From NCBI GenBank assembly GCA_963823885.1, contig CAWGNL010000060.1:576-64575 (forward strand): DNA of 64,000 bases, given 5' to 3'. A program made the translations under genes and the position numbers. Below are positions 31,528-42,948 of the stretch, in pieces; the stretch's first letter is position 1, and the number at the start of each line of letters is the position of its first letter. The stretch is from an uncultured bacterium (GTDB taxonomy: Bacteria; Armatimonadota; UBA5829). The notes beneath the pieces were generated by a model that saw only the letters and a list, made by a program, of their open reading frames with translations, did not search any database and was not told where the DNA came from.

Positions 31528-33510
31528 CTATCTCAAAGCCTCGCCTTTTTCGTGTCGTGCTTGGTCTCGGGCGGGGGCTGGTAGAGGGTTTCGCCTGGCC
31601 GTACCCTTGGTCTTGACCTTCGAGGTCTCCGGAGGCGATGCGTTGAGGGCCATTCCGAGACCGAACGCGAGGTACCCCGCGCAGCTCGCATAAGCCGGAC
31701 CGTCGACCACGATTCCCGTTTCCGCGTCCACGCTCTCGCAGGCAATTCCGTTGTCCATCGGCGCTCGCCTGAGGAATTCCATCGCCTCATCGATCCGGCC
31801 GCACATCAGGTCGTTTATCACGCTCACGACCGATGGCCCGGCGCCCTCGCGGACCGATGCCTGCGCAAACGGATGATTGCCTTCGTACAACGGGTTGTGC
31901 TCCGAGTGAATCCATTTCACCGTATTGACATACGCAGGGTCGTCACCCGTGCAAAAGCCGAGAAATGTGAGCAGACTCGAGGCTGCCCGCGGGGTCGTCT
32001 CCCAACTCGAAGTTGCCATTCAGATCGATCTCCCGAGCGAACATCTTGCCGAAAGGCCCCGGCACGATGAAGTTGCCCAGAATCGCCGACCGCACCTGGC
32101 TTGCCAGCGTAGATGCCTCGTCGGACCGATCCACATCGCGAATCCTCTCGTACAGCGATTTGATGTCGAGAAGTGCCCGCCAGACCAGCACATTGGAGAA
32201 GCATACGTATGGCAGCGCCGAAAGCTCGTCCAACGGCCGCAGCAACGTCTCGAACAGCGCCAATTCCGGGTGCCTCTGGGTGGCGAGTATTTGCTGAACC
32301 GTGTTCACACCCGTCTGCACCCGGCGGTCGAAAAGGATCGAATCATCACCGGTAAGCTGGACATAAGTGTTGATTGCGCGTATCGGGGCGCTTATCTGGT
32401 CCAGGGCAATACCCGGCTCCAGGACAACGCCGTCGATAAATCGCGCGGCCACGCCGACATTGAGCAACTGTTCGGTAAAGGCGTACATAAGGAGTTTGCG
32501 CGCTTGTTCCCAGCTTATCTGGAGCACAGCGGGAAGAGTCCACCGCATCGCATCGCGGTCCCGATACGCGGCGCACAACCGGTTCCGCGAGCTTCGCGCG
32601 CATGTGACTACGAGCTCTTCCGTATCCAGGGTGATGGCCTGAGAAAAGAAGTAGTTGTAGAATGAGTTCGTATTCATCAACTGCTTGGCGAAGGAATCGT
32701 CGCAATCGATGGTGTGCTTGTCCAGCCACACTTCGAGGTGATCGAGCAGGCGCTCCCACCCGTGAAGACTCAGTTCGTTCGCGGAAGCTTCGGCGGAAAC
32801 CTCCTCCAGGCCGATGCCGAAGTACACCGGCAGTGCCTTCTTCTCCCCCGGCGATAAGACGTAATCATCCGCCAGTTCGTAGCAAACCGGCGAATCAGCC
32901 GGCGCAAGTATGCCCTCTTGCGACCGCCCGGTGATCTCTTTGCCGCTGTCGGCATCCCAAACCCTCGTGGGCACTCGGGCTTGGGTCGCCATAGCAGTGG
33001 CGAAAACAGGAACGATGTTTCCCCGAAGCTCCATTATGGGCGAAGCGTCCCGCCTGGACCCGATGTTGGCGTACTTCACACCCGACATCGATCTGGACAG
33101 GCACGCCGTGTGCGTGCTTGACTCCCAGCAGCCCTTCCACCCGGCCCTGGTCTTGATCTCCGCCCCGGATATGTTTTCGATCTCCAGCACGCAGACGAAA
33201 CCCCGGCGATCCAGCGGGGCAAATATCGTGACCCTCGCGCTCACTTTGGAAGAGCGCGCCCAGATACGCGGTATCCAGTAGCGGTCCAGCTCGCCCGCCG
33301 CTCCCCCGCCCCAAAGATGTCCTCACCCTCCGCCAGGACAACAGGCCGCAGGAGCGGCAGACGATCTGAACCGTTGATCTCGATGCAGGCCCGGTAAGCC
33401 TTGTGCATGAACCCTATTGTCCTTATTCCGGCGGACGGAATCGAGATATCGGGTATGGATACAAACTCGTTACCGGTGCTTAGCCGCGTTATGTTAGATC
33501 GCTCGATCAT
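31528..33510 (-). CDS. Glycoside-hydrolase-like (alpha/alpha)6-barrel protein, distantly GH125/DUF1237-like (2 or more frameshifts)
   Basis: Pieces are 33241..33510 (MIERSN...), 31943..33244 and 31528..32019. The segment [45 protein letters not shown] resembles the EVDGxGN...DDANxPSLL...LGY...NTR...NPYY pattern of GH125. This family call is tentative. Confidence 0.45.
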
Positions 33511-34781
33511 TCCTGCTCCATCTTCCTCATCACCAACCCGCTCAGGAGCTTGGGATAGAAGTAGGTAGCTTTCTGAGGCATCATCTCCCCCGCGCCGGCT
33601 GATGTCCATGACCGATTTCACCGCGATTCGGTCCAGCAGGAAGGCAATTTGCCGGTTGCCGGAGTCGATCATATGTATTGCTTTATCGGCATCCCTGGTG
33701 TAGCGCACGTGCGCCTCGTGCCTGAGCTTCTCGTCGTCGATACCGAGCAATCTTTCCAATATGAGCGTGTGCAGGATGTTGACTCCAACTTGGTGCATGC
33801 CTCGCATCCGTCCACCAATTCGAACACGCCCGGCTTGGGAATCAGCACCTTCGCATCACCGTTGCGATACATGCCGATGCCCCTGATTCTCTCCACATCG
33901 CTCACCAGAGCGTTCGCGGAAGACTCCACCAAATCGAAATGCTCCAACAGCCTGCTGTCCAGTTCGGCGAGCAAATCGTGGGCGATGCTGTCTATGACGC
34001 GGTGGGTCGAGAGGATTTCCAGATCTTTTTGAGAAGCGTTGACGATAGTCATCAGCGTATAATCCGAAGGCTGCTCGCCGCGCTTGCTCCCGCGTCTCAT
34101 CCTGTTGCAATGGTTGAGGGCTGCTTCGTAACGATGATGCCCATCGGCAATGACGATCTGCCTGTCTTTGAGGAACCGTGTCACCAGGGCGATCTCAGAT
34201 GGGTCGCTGACCATCCGGAGGCTGTGCCGGACCCCGTCGCGGTCCACTACATCCGCCGCTGCCGGCGCGGCCGCCGGTCGGTCCATTACGGCGTCGATCT
34301 CACCCTGTGGATCATCGTACAGGCCATAGATGCTGTCGAGATTGGCGCTTGTCTGTTCGAGCGTGCTCCGCAAACCCGCTCTGGGTTTGGCCAGGGTATG
34401 TTCGTGCGGCAAGATAACCCTGTCCGAGTAGTCGTGCACCTTGACCGCGCAGGTAAAACCGCGAACGGTCTTGAAACTCCCATCGCGCTCGAAATGCTGA
34501 GCGTAGACATAGATCGCTGGCTCTTCGTCCTTCTTGAGCACGCCCTGTGCCAGCCAATCGGCAATGTAGCGCTTCGCCCGCGTGAACCGGTTCTCATCGT
34601 CGTCATCGTTCTCGAACTCCTCGCCCAGTATGAGCCGTACGAAGTTCCGCGGATGAAGCTTGTGATAGTAGACCCGGTCCTCGGGAGAAATAATGTCGTA
34701 AGGCGGACTGACGACCTTGCCCAGATCCCCCACTACCGACTGGTCGTAACGAACCCCCGTAAACGGTGCAATCTCAGCCAA
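33507..34781 (-). CDS. DUF1015-family protein (2 or more frameshifts)
   Basis: [13 protein letters not shown]..., [12 protein letters not shown], and C-terminal [18 protein letters not shown]. The tail [27 protein letters not shown] is in a third frame and ends at TGA 33507-33509, overlapping the next ATG (ATGA). Confidence 0.8.
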
Positions 34782-34815
34782 TGCTCGACTCCTCCGAAAA
34801 TAGCTTATAGCAGAT

Positions 34816-34877
34816 GTTTCGGGATTTTCGCCTAGCCTGGCTCGTCGAAGCTGATCAGCCCGAAATCCCGAAACATC
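34816..34877 (+). repeat. REPIN-B variant
   Basis: gtttcgggattttcgcc ... gcccgaaatcccgaaacatc. Confidence 0.75.
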
Positions 34878-35009
34878 GGGGAAAGCGGAAAGCCCGGAAC
34901 TTCCGTCCCGCGCATTCGCAACGCCCCCAGGCGGCGACTTTGAGAATAGCCACCTCCGGACCCCCGCTGGATTTACGGATCCGGCGGAACCCCCTATCGA
35001 GGCTCTACC

Positions 35010-35020
35010 ATTATATCACA
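35010..35020 (-). promoter_or_regulatory. Putative extended -10 promoter (TGTGATATAAT) facing the DUF1015 operon
   Basis: The reverse complement of attatatcaca is tgtgaTATAAT (TGn plus a perfect -10). The same 11-mer recurs at 52291-52301. No good -35 is present. Confidence 0.35.
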
Positions 35021-35069
35021 GTGACGCAAGTCAGGGGTCAACCCGTAACATCTCAGTCTTTGGGAATTC

Positions 35070-35178
35070 GGAACCCGCCAGCCCTGAGTGCCGAGCGCAA
35101 GCGAGGCGTACCGAAGGGCGGTCTCCAATGCGGCCATTTCGACCCGGTCCACAAACCGGACCTACTCAGCATTGGCGG
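35070..35178. repeat. Family-D palindromic element (ggaacccgccagccctgagt ... actcagcattggcgg)
   Basis: Related copies at 58125-58235 and, shorter, at 46348-46406. Confidence 0.8.
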
Positions 35179-35182
35179 AGTG

Positions 35183-36300
35183 CAGGTGTTTCGGGAATCT
35201 TGTTCCCGAAACTAAGTGCGTATCGGGAACAAGATTCCCGATACACCGGCAAGAATACTATCAGCCATTTATGCAAGTAGGCACTAGATCCCCTATCGAC
35301 ACGTTGGTGAGGGCTTCGGGCCGCAGCTGAACTCTTGGGCGATTTGCAGGCGGCAATCGGATGGACCGGCCGTAAGCGATACGGCGTGCTTGCGCGAGAC
35401 GACAATACGCGGTGCAGGTGTTTCGGGAATCTTGTTCCCGAAACTAAGTGCGTATCGGGAACAAGATTCCCGATACACCGGCAAGCCACGACACTGATTG
35501 CGTGCGCAGCCGCGTGCTGCGTGGCGATGTGCGCCAGCAGCACAGGGCGGGCCGATTGCAGGTGTTTCGGGAATCTTGTTCCCGAAACTAAGTGCGTATC
35601 GGGAACAAGATTCCCGATACACCGGCAAGCCACGACACTGATTGCGTGCGCAGCCGCGTGCTGCGTGGCGATGTGCGCCAGCAGCACAGGGCGGGCCGAT
35701 TGCAGGTGTTTCGGGAATCTTGTTCCCGAAACTAAGTGCGTATCGGGAACAAGATTCCCGATACACCGGCAAGAATACTATCAGCCATTTATGCAAGTAG
35801 GCACTAGATCCCCTATCGACACGTTGGTGAGGGCTTCGGGCCGCAGGCTGAACTCTTGGGCGATTTGCAGGCGGCAATCGGATAGACCCGCCGTAAGCGA
35901 TACGGCGTGCTTGCGCGAGACGACAATACGCGGTGCAGGTGTTTCGGGAATCTTGTTCCCGAAACTAAGTGCGTATCGGGAACAAGATTCCCGATACACC
36001 GGCAAGCCACGACACTGATTGCGTGCGCAGCCGCGTGCTGCGTGGCGATGTGCGCCAGCAGCACAGGGCGGGCCGATTGCAGGTGTTTCGGGAATCTTGT
36101 TCCCGAAACTAAGTGCGTATCGGGAACAAGATTCCCGATACACCGGCAAGAATACTATCAGCCATTTATGCAAGTAGGCACTAGATCCCCTATCGACACG
36201 TTGGTGAGGGCTTCGGGCCGCAGCCGAACTCTTGGGCGATTTGCAGGCGGCAATCGGATGGACCGGCCGTAAGCGATACGGCGTGCTTGCGCGAATAGGC
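35183..36300. repeat. REPIN array: six REPIN-A' copies separated by two recurring spacers (A about 165 bp, B about 77 bp) in the order R-A-R-B-R-B-R-A-R-B-R-A
   Basis: REPINs start near 35183, 35413, 35556, 35700, 35935 and 36078. Spacers repeat almost exactly. All ORFs called here translate the repeats. Confidence 0.9.
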
Positions 36301-36545
36301 AGTGGATTCGACGACTGCGTCGAGCATGCGAGTTTGCTCTGAGGCAACGAGACCCCCGCCGCGCCTTGTTGCCCGATGCCCGGAAGGCGCGGCTCGCGGG
36401 TTCCCTTCCGGCCTTGGAGGGGACCTTCTGCTCCCCACCTCTTCCTAATCTGGACCAAGCGCGCCAGGCCGCAGAGCAGACCGACAACGGAAGCCGGCTC
36501 GGGCGGATGCAGACCATGCCTTCTCTGCCTGGCAGAAGGTGCCAG

Positions 36546-36612
36546 GCGTGCAGCGGGAACTCGAAGGGCTTCATTCCGAGAATTGTCTCTACTTGTCGTT
36601 CCCACCGCATAG
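36546..36612 (-). repeat. Family-F repeat (reverse complement of 55811-55877)
   Basis: gcgtgcagcgggaactcgaaggg...gtctctacttgtcgttcccaccgcatag compared with ctatgcggcgggaacgacaagtcgagac...cttcgagttcccgctgcacgc. Confidence 0.75.
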
Positions 36613-36759
36613 GTGGCTCCCGTTCTCGTGAAGGCTGAGCTCTTACGGCGCTGATTGGCGCGGCGCATTGACGCCACACGGGTTCGGTGGTACACTGATG
36701 ACGGACCATGTTGGAGTAGCGCGGGTCGCAATGCCCATCGAGAGATGGCTGCCGGACGA

Positions 36760-38444
36760 ATGTTCCATATCAAGCAGGCTAGGCCTTCCGCATTCAAAGG
36801 GAGCGGCTGCGCGGACCTCGAACTTGGAACCGCTGTGCCAATCCGCAAGAAAGAGAGTCCTTCGCACGTGGCCAAACGAAAACGCGCTAGAAACCAAGCC
36901 CAGGGGATTACCGCGCCCGATCCCTATCAACGGAAGACGCTCAAGAGCGTCCCGGTCGCTCAAGAATACTGGCCCCTTGCCACCATCATAGTGCTCGCAT
37001 CGGTGCTAATGTTTGCGAACCTGGGCAACCAGTCCCTCTGGGAGGACGAGGCGGAAACCGCGCTCCTGGCCAAGACGGTGTTGACACACGGGGTTCCACT
37101 CGATACAGATGGAAGGAACTTTTTCTCAGTAAAAGCAGGTGCGGACTACGACAAAAAGAGCCACATGCACAAGTGGCATCCGTGGCTCCAGTTTTACCTG
37201 GCTGCCGCTTCGTTCGCTGTTTTGGGGCCCACCACTCTGGCCGCGAGGCTTCCGTTTACGCTCTTCGGCGTAGGTACCTGCGTCCTGATGTACTTTTTTG
37301 GGCGCCGAATGCTCGGAAGCCGGCGCGCTGGCGTGGTGGCGGCGCTGCTTGTCCTGGCAAGCGTTCCCTTTCTTCTCCTGGTCAGGCAGTGCCGTTACTA
37401 TAGCTTGGACGTATTCTTTGCTACCCTGGGACTCTATGGCTACTACAATATGTTGGAGAAGCGAAAGTGGTCGGGTCTCACGTTCTTCCTGGGAGCCTTC
37501 TTCCTGTTTCACTCGCATTATCTGCATTGCGCGGTGCTGTTGGGCACCGTGACGCTGCACAGCCTGATCTGGCGTCGGGACAGGTTGCTTGCGGTGGCGG
37601 CGGTGTCCGGACTGGTTGGCCTCCTCAACGTGCCGTGGATTATATGGTTTGCCGGAATGGCCCAGCAAATGAAAGCACACGGCACGCCGCTGCATCGGCT
37701 GCAGACCTCCGGGCCTGCGCTTGTCACAAAGTTCGAACGGTTCATATTCCCACCACTGGCTTTGATCCTGGTCGTTCCGACGGTGATCGCGAGTTGGGCG
37801 AGGAGCGCCGATTCCCCAGACCAGACAGAAAAGCGGTCCAGGATGTTTCTCTTTTGCTGCTGTTCATCACGACCAACGTCCTGGCCCATGCCCTGACCAT
37901 CGGTGACCCGTTGCTTAGATATCTCGCGCCCGTTATCCCAGCGGCGCTGCTTCTTATGACCATGGCGATTTATTCTTCCATGAGGCTGCACATAACGATC
38001 GGCATCGTCGCGATCGCGGTTTTGGCTTTTGCTATGCGGATGCCTGATTACGCGTACGAAATAACCCATGATCTCCGTTGGCCCGTGGACGGGATCGTTA
38101 AATACCTGAATGAGCAGGGCAAGCCTTCAGACGTGGTGGCGATAACCTACAGCGACCTGCCACTGAAGTTCTACACAAAGATGCGGGTTGTCGGCGGGAC
38201 GTCGGGCGAAGACCCGTCTCCCATAAAGAACGCCCAATGGATCATACTTCGCAAATACGTGAATGGCCCTGAATTGATCCCGGTAATCAACTACATGCGC
38301 CACAACATTGACGCCACGAAATACGAGCGCATACAATTGGACTACCCGGATACGCCCTGGGAGAATAGCGAAGACCCCGCCTTCCATAATTACCGGACTG
38401 CCTACGGCGAAAGCCCGGTTGTTATATACCGCAGGATTTTGTAG
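36760..38444 (+). CDS. GT-C fold membrane glycosyltransferase, ArnT/PMT_2-like (GT39/GT83 type), paralog 1 (frameshift near 37860; start uncertain)
   Basis: Multi-TM protein with the first-loop acidic motif NQSLWEDEAETALLAKT. The pieces are 36655..37896 and 37467..38444. It aligns residue-by-residue with 40191..41813. Confidence 0.7.
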
Positions 38445-38511
38445 GGTGCCAAGAGATTCAGGAAAGCCTCCACCAACCTGTCGATGTAGGCTTTAGTCGG
38501 CCCTTGCCGGG

Positions 38512-39289
38512 TCACTCAGACTGGTTGTTTTTCCTCCGTGTGTTCCTGCCCCTCATTATCGTTCCGCCCAGGCCGGCGATGCCGCACAGAAGGGCGGGAG
38601 TAGTTGAAGGTTCAGGAACCGTGTCGAGGGTTATGGCAGATACGAATAGCCCAGGACTGGCGTTATTCAGCAACTGCCGGGACTCGTCTAGGATCGTGAT
38701 CTCAGTGACCGGGGAACTGGTGTTAAGGCTGAGGGTGAGCATGTCGATGGAGGCCGGCTCATAGAGCCACGGGGCCTGGCTTGTGCCCGTCCAGACTGCG
38801 GACACGTTAGGGCCTGTTGTAGTTCCAACCTTCCCGGCGGCAATAACCCAATCCCTAATGTTGTAACCCACGGTCAAGGCAAACGAGTTAACCGTTGCAT
38901 TGGCATAGGTCACATTAATGTAGCCCATAATGCAGTTATTATAAGCGACCGAGACATCCGTTCCATCGATAAGTACATATGCCGTCTTAGCGTTGCCCAG
39001 ATTACCGGACAAAACCCCGGTCGTAGGTCCACCCAGTCCGTAACCGCTATCCTCGGTGAAAAGGACATTCGACCCTTGGGGTGAGATGTAAAACGGAACG
39101 CCGCCCAAAGTCACCGAGCCGGTGGGCGGTGACTCGTAGTACACCGATAGTGATGAGTTAGCAATCGTAGAGATTGGCACGGACTCGAACGAATCGGCCC
39201 GCCCTGCGCTGCCGTGCGCACATCGCCACCCAGCACGCGGCTGCGCACGCAATCAGTGTCGTGGTTTTCATTGTTTTCATTGCTTTCAT
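38512..39289 (-). CDS. PEP-CTERM sorting-domain protein (frameshift near 39200)
   Basis: C-terminus VPEPSTTPALLCGIAGLGGTIMRGRNTRRK (PEP motif, TM segment, basic tail). The start ATG at 39289 follows aaggag, giving signal peptide MKAMKTMKTTTLIACAAACWVAMCA. Confidence 0.75.
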
Positions 39290-39395
39290 TTTTCTTTCTC
39301 CTTAGCTCCTTTTCGAGCTTACTATGATGTGGTACATCACATGGTCGCGTGCTTAACCAAGTCCCCCCTCGTACCGTGAAATGGGCGAGGTGAAC

Positions 39396-39710
39396 CTATC
39401 TCTTTCTAAGCCAGACGATGCCTCCTAAACCGCGGAGCAGGCCGACAACGGATGCGGGCTCGGGGACTGCCTGGACCGATATATAGTCAACGTCGAGAGA
39501 CGTCCAACTGAATCCACCGGGGACCGTGACTGAGTTGCCGATAGAAATTACCCGTGGGCCCTGGCGGTCGCAACGGTGCTCTGGAAAACCCCGTCCAAAT
39601 ACCGCGTTGAGTGAACTGAAGTCATCGTAAAACGCCAGCACAGCCGAACTACAGGCAGCCAGGGCGATGACGAACAAGCACGACACACAAGCTCGTACAA
39701 CCGCGTTCAT
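39396..39710 (-). CDS. Small PEP-CTERM sorting-domain protein
   Basis: 104 aa with a signal peptide and C-terminal VPEPASVVGLLRGLGGIVWLRKR. RBS ggagg lies upstream of the ATG at 39710. Confidence 0.7.
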   Translation of the reverse strand: MNAVVRACVSCLFVIALAACSSAVLAFYDDFSSLNAVFGRGFPEHRCDRQGPRVISIGNSVTVPGGFSWTSLDVDYISVQAVPEPASVVGLLRGLGGIVWLRKR

Positions 39711-39720
39711 GTTTGTCCTC

Positions 39721-39888
39721 CCTAAAGCGGCGTAGCCGCAACCAAGAAGGCCATCGCCGGAAAATCAATACGGCATTTCCGTAATTCGGAAGGTCGGTGG
39801 TTTCTTCTTACGTATCTTACAACTGAAATCCGAGGTGACATATCAAAGTTCGGTACAGCTTGTATAGGATTTCAGTTGTAAGATACTA
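39721..39888 (+). repeat. LR element, L module only (copy 7)
   Basis: It starts 10 nt from the start codon of the small PEP-CTERM gene and abuts its RBS. Confidence 0.9.
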
Positions 39889-40105
39889 AAGCGCATTATT
39901 CACGTAGCGCGTGTTTGCCCAGCACTTCGTGCTCCCCTCGCCCTCACGGGAGAGGGGCTGGGGGTGAGGGTGGAACGCCGCGCTCGATGAGCTTGTGCCT
40001 GATTGCAGCGTTTCCCCCTCACCCCAACCCTCTCCCATCCGGGAGAGGGAGCACGTGGGTGCCTGAACCAAGAGGCTCGTCTACCAATTCACGAATAATG
40101 CGGGC
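39889..40105 (-). repeat. Family-G element, full copy with terminal inverted repeats (gcgcattattcacg / cgtgaataatgcgggc)
   Basis: The internal long hairpin cccctcgccctcacgggagaggggctgggggtgagggtgg ... ccccctcaccccaaccctctcccatccgggagaggg matches 26176-26352 in reverse orientation. Confidence 0.85.
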
Positions 40106-40190
40106 TAGGGCTTTCTTGACCCCGGGGGGGCCGCGTGTTATGATTTCTTAGCCGTGCCCACGGCAGCCGGACCGAGCGAGACCTAAGGAC

Positions 40191-41813
40191 ATGAAGACAC
40201 AATCGAACAGGTCAAAGAAGACCGACGCACTCCCAAGAAAACAATCCGTTTCGGGAAAGGGGTTTCCCGAAGCAACTGAACAGTCCAAACGCCGCGGCAA
40301 GTTACCCTCCTGGCTGCCGGTGCTTCCTATCGCGATCGTCGCCTCGATCCTGATATTCTCCAATCTTGGAGACTCCAGCCTCTGGCAGGATGAAGCCGAA
40401 ACGGCGCTCGTCTCCAGGACCATCCTCACCCACGGAATCCCCCTCGGCTACGATGGGAAGAACTACTTCTCACAGCAGTTCGGCAAAGACACCAGCAATA
40501 ACCACGCTTGGAAATGGCACCCGTGGCTTCCGTTCTATGTGCTCGCCGGGTTCTTCGCGGTGCTCGGGATTAGCACGTTTGTCGCGAGGTTGCCGTTCGC
40601 GCTTTTTGGGCTGGGGACTGTTATACTCACCTATTTCTATGCGTTGACAATGTTCCGAAGCAGGCGGCTCGCCGTCTTTTCGGCCGCTGTTCTGGCCACA
40701 TCCATCCCGTTTCTCCTGCTTGCCCGGCAGTGCCGCTACTACGCCCCGGATATGTTCTTCTCCGTGCTGACCCTTTATGCCTATGACAATTTCCTCGAAT
40801 CCAAAGAGCGTTCGGACGTCGGCCTGTTCATATCGGCTACGTTGTTGTTCCACGTGGAGGACGTTCACTGCGCGGTGGTTTTGCTGGCGGCACTGGGGCA
40901 TTGCCTTCTACTCAGGCGCGACAAGTCACTTGCGCTGGGCCGGATATGCGTATGCATAGTCGCGGCGAATGCGCCCTGGATCTTTCGGGCTCCACCGGGC
41001 GGCTCAGGCGCTGGATTTCGGTCCCGCCGCCGCATGGCGAAGAGCCATGACGTTCATAGGGTTCGTTGTCTACTTTCCTGTGCGAAAGCGTTTTCCCCTG
41101 CTTGGGCTGTGGCTGCTCGTGCCCGCCGGGGGTTGCCGCACTCTCCAGGCGGCATCACGGGAAGCGGCTCATTATCGCGGACGCCCAGCCATTGCAGGCG
41201 GTCGCTATGCTCGGCGTGTTTGTGGCGCTCAGCATAGTGGTCAACGCTATCGCTTCGCAGGCTGCGTTCTTTGGGGTACGCTGGCCCCGGCTGTTCCGGT
41301 GTGCTGCATAATTGTTGGGCTCGTCATCAACTCGGTGGCGGAGATTCACCTGGGCCTGGGCCTGGCTGCATTCGCCGTCCTGATCTGCCTCAGCCCAATG
41401 AACGATTATCTCTATGAGATAACGCATCACTACTATGGCCCCATCGATGGGATCGTCAAGTTTCTCAACAAGAACGCACGGCCGGGCGATACCGTCGCAA
41501 TCACCTACGAGGATCTGCCCCTCAAGTCTACACCAACCTCAGGGTCGTGGGCGGACTGACCGGCGAGGACCTGTCTTCGGCGGGTAGCGCTAGATGGATC
41601 ATCCCAAAAAAGGCTAGTGGCCCCGAGACCCGCGCGGCACTGGCTTACCTGACCGGCCTAATACGCGAGCACCCATCGGACTACATGAAGATCGTCCTGG
41701 ACTGCCCGGACACCCCGTTCCAGAACCGCGAGGACCCGGACCAGCACTACTACAGAACCGATCAACACGCGGACCCGGTCACGATTACGAACGATGGCGA
41801 AGTTCAGTCATAA
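40191..41813 (+). CDS. GT-C fold membrane glycosyltransferase, ArnT/PMT_2-like, paralog 2 (2 or more frameshifts)
   Basis: DSSLWQDEAETALVSRT. The pieces are 40191..41237, 40969..41559 and 41547..41813. The C-terminal ...LDCPDTPFQNREDPDQHYYRT parallels ...LDYPDTPWENSEDPAFHNYRT of paralog 1. Confidence 0.7.
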
Positions 41814-41859
41814 GCTGGCGCCGGCTCGATGCTCTCCGCTCTCTGCCCTCCGCGGCGGG

Positions 41860-42946
41860 CTAGGCGCTGCTCTTTAGCATCTCCGCCGCGAGGACCCCCG
41901 CCGCCGCCGCGCTAAGGAAGAACTCCTGGTCCTCTTCGAACGACCGGCCCATGCTCAAACATCTTGATCCCTTTTCCTGAAGCTCGATGATGCCGGGGCG
42001 GCCATCCACGATCCTGGTCCTGTGTTTGTAGCTGATGGCTGTGTGGTTCGATCTGCTCCTGAATCGAAAGCAGCCTCATCTGATCCATCATCGGGAGCGC
42101 GAGCACGCACTTGGTGAGGGCGATCGTGCCCAGAGACGTGATTGTGTGGTGGCTCAGGCCCTGGTGCCGGGGCCGCGGGTCCGAGAAACTGATCCGCGCA
42201 ATCGCAATCGCCGATCCGCCAAGAATGTTCACGGCGTTCACGATCTGCCCCTGCTCGATCGATGAAAAGCCGAAAGTCGTGCCGGTGCCGGCGTTGCCCG
42301 GACCGGGACAGACGATTGCGACATCGGCCTGCGCGGCCTGCTTCGCCGCGATCAGCCCAGTGTAGATATTGATCGCCTCGAGATTGCCGCCAAACGCCTG
42401 TCCGACGGTAATAGTGGTGTCGAGCAGCCCCTTCCGAATGAGTTCGTGCACCGACCTGCTGAACGACAGCGGCAGGGCGGCGGTGTCGGTCATGATATAT
42501 GCAACGCGGGCGTGGGGATGCGCGAGGCGCTTCACGGCGGCGGCCGCGGGCGCGAGCTGAGAGTGAAGCTGCCCCACGACAATCGGCATCGCGCCGAGGC
42601 TCCGGAACCCCTGGATGGCCGCCCGGTGCCCGGAATCTTCCTCCTCCACCGAGAGAACCGTGTGCTGCACAGGGGTGTAACGGGCCTTCATGACGTGGCC
42701 CTCTTCGACGTCGCCGGAAATCTGCTCGCCGAGATTGGCCATCACAAAATGATATCCGCCCGAGCCGAGCCGCTTGACCACCGCCGTGGTGTTCAAGAGG
42801 ACCTCGTCACCGGCGCGGACATCCCCCACGAGGCTTGCGTACGCGATGGCTCGGCACCTCACCCCGGCGATATCGACCGTGATCTCCACCGCGTCCCCTC
42901 GGATGGCATCTATCGACTCCACGCGCCCCCGCGCCCGGGTAAGCAA
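41860..42946 (-). CDS. DUF3866-family protein (C-terminal frameshift)
   Basis: The 344-aa ORF 41912..42946 resembles the DUF3866 family. The tail is restored in another frame (...IVDGRPGIIELQEKGSRCLSMGRSFEEDQEFFLSAAAAGVLAAEMLKSSA), ending at TAG 41860-41862. Confidence 0.6.
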
Positions 42947-42948
42947 GG

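Noticed and set aside
35183-36150. CRISPR-like or TIGR-like array of 67-bp repeats with 77 and 165-bp spacers
   Set aside because: Only two spacer sequences exist and each recurs three times. The repeat is the dispersed REPIN-A'. There are no associated nuclease or Nop-domain genes.
35781-36875. 364-aa ORF, plus the 227-, 194- and 173-aa ORFs at 35166-36018, as protein genes
   Set aside because: They translate the REPIN array in several frames (repeated CFGNLVPETKCVSGTRFPIHRQ and similar). The composition is Arg/Ala/Pro-rich noise, and there is no start context.
40248-40275. REP-like hairpin (gtttcgggaaaggggtttcccgaa) as evidence against the 40191 start of GT-C paralog 2
   Set aside because: The hairpin lies in the poorly conserved N-terminal tail, so the real start could be downstream. 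No better in-frame start with an SD was found, so the ORF start was kept at reduced confidence.
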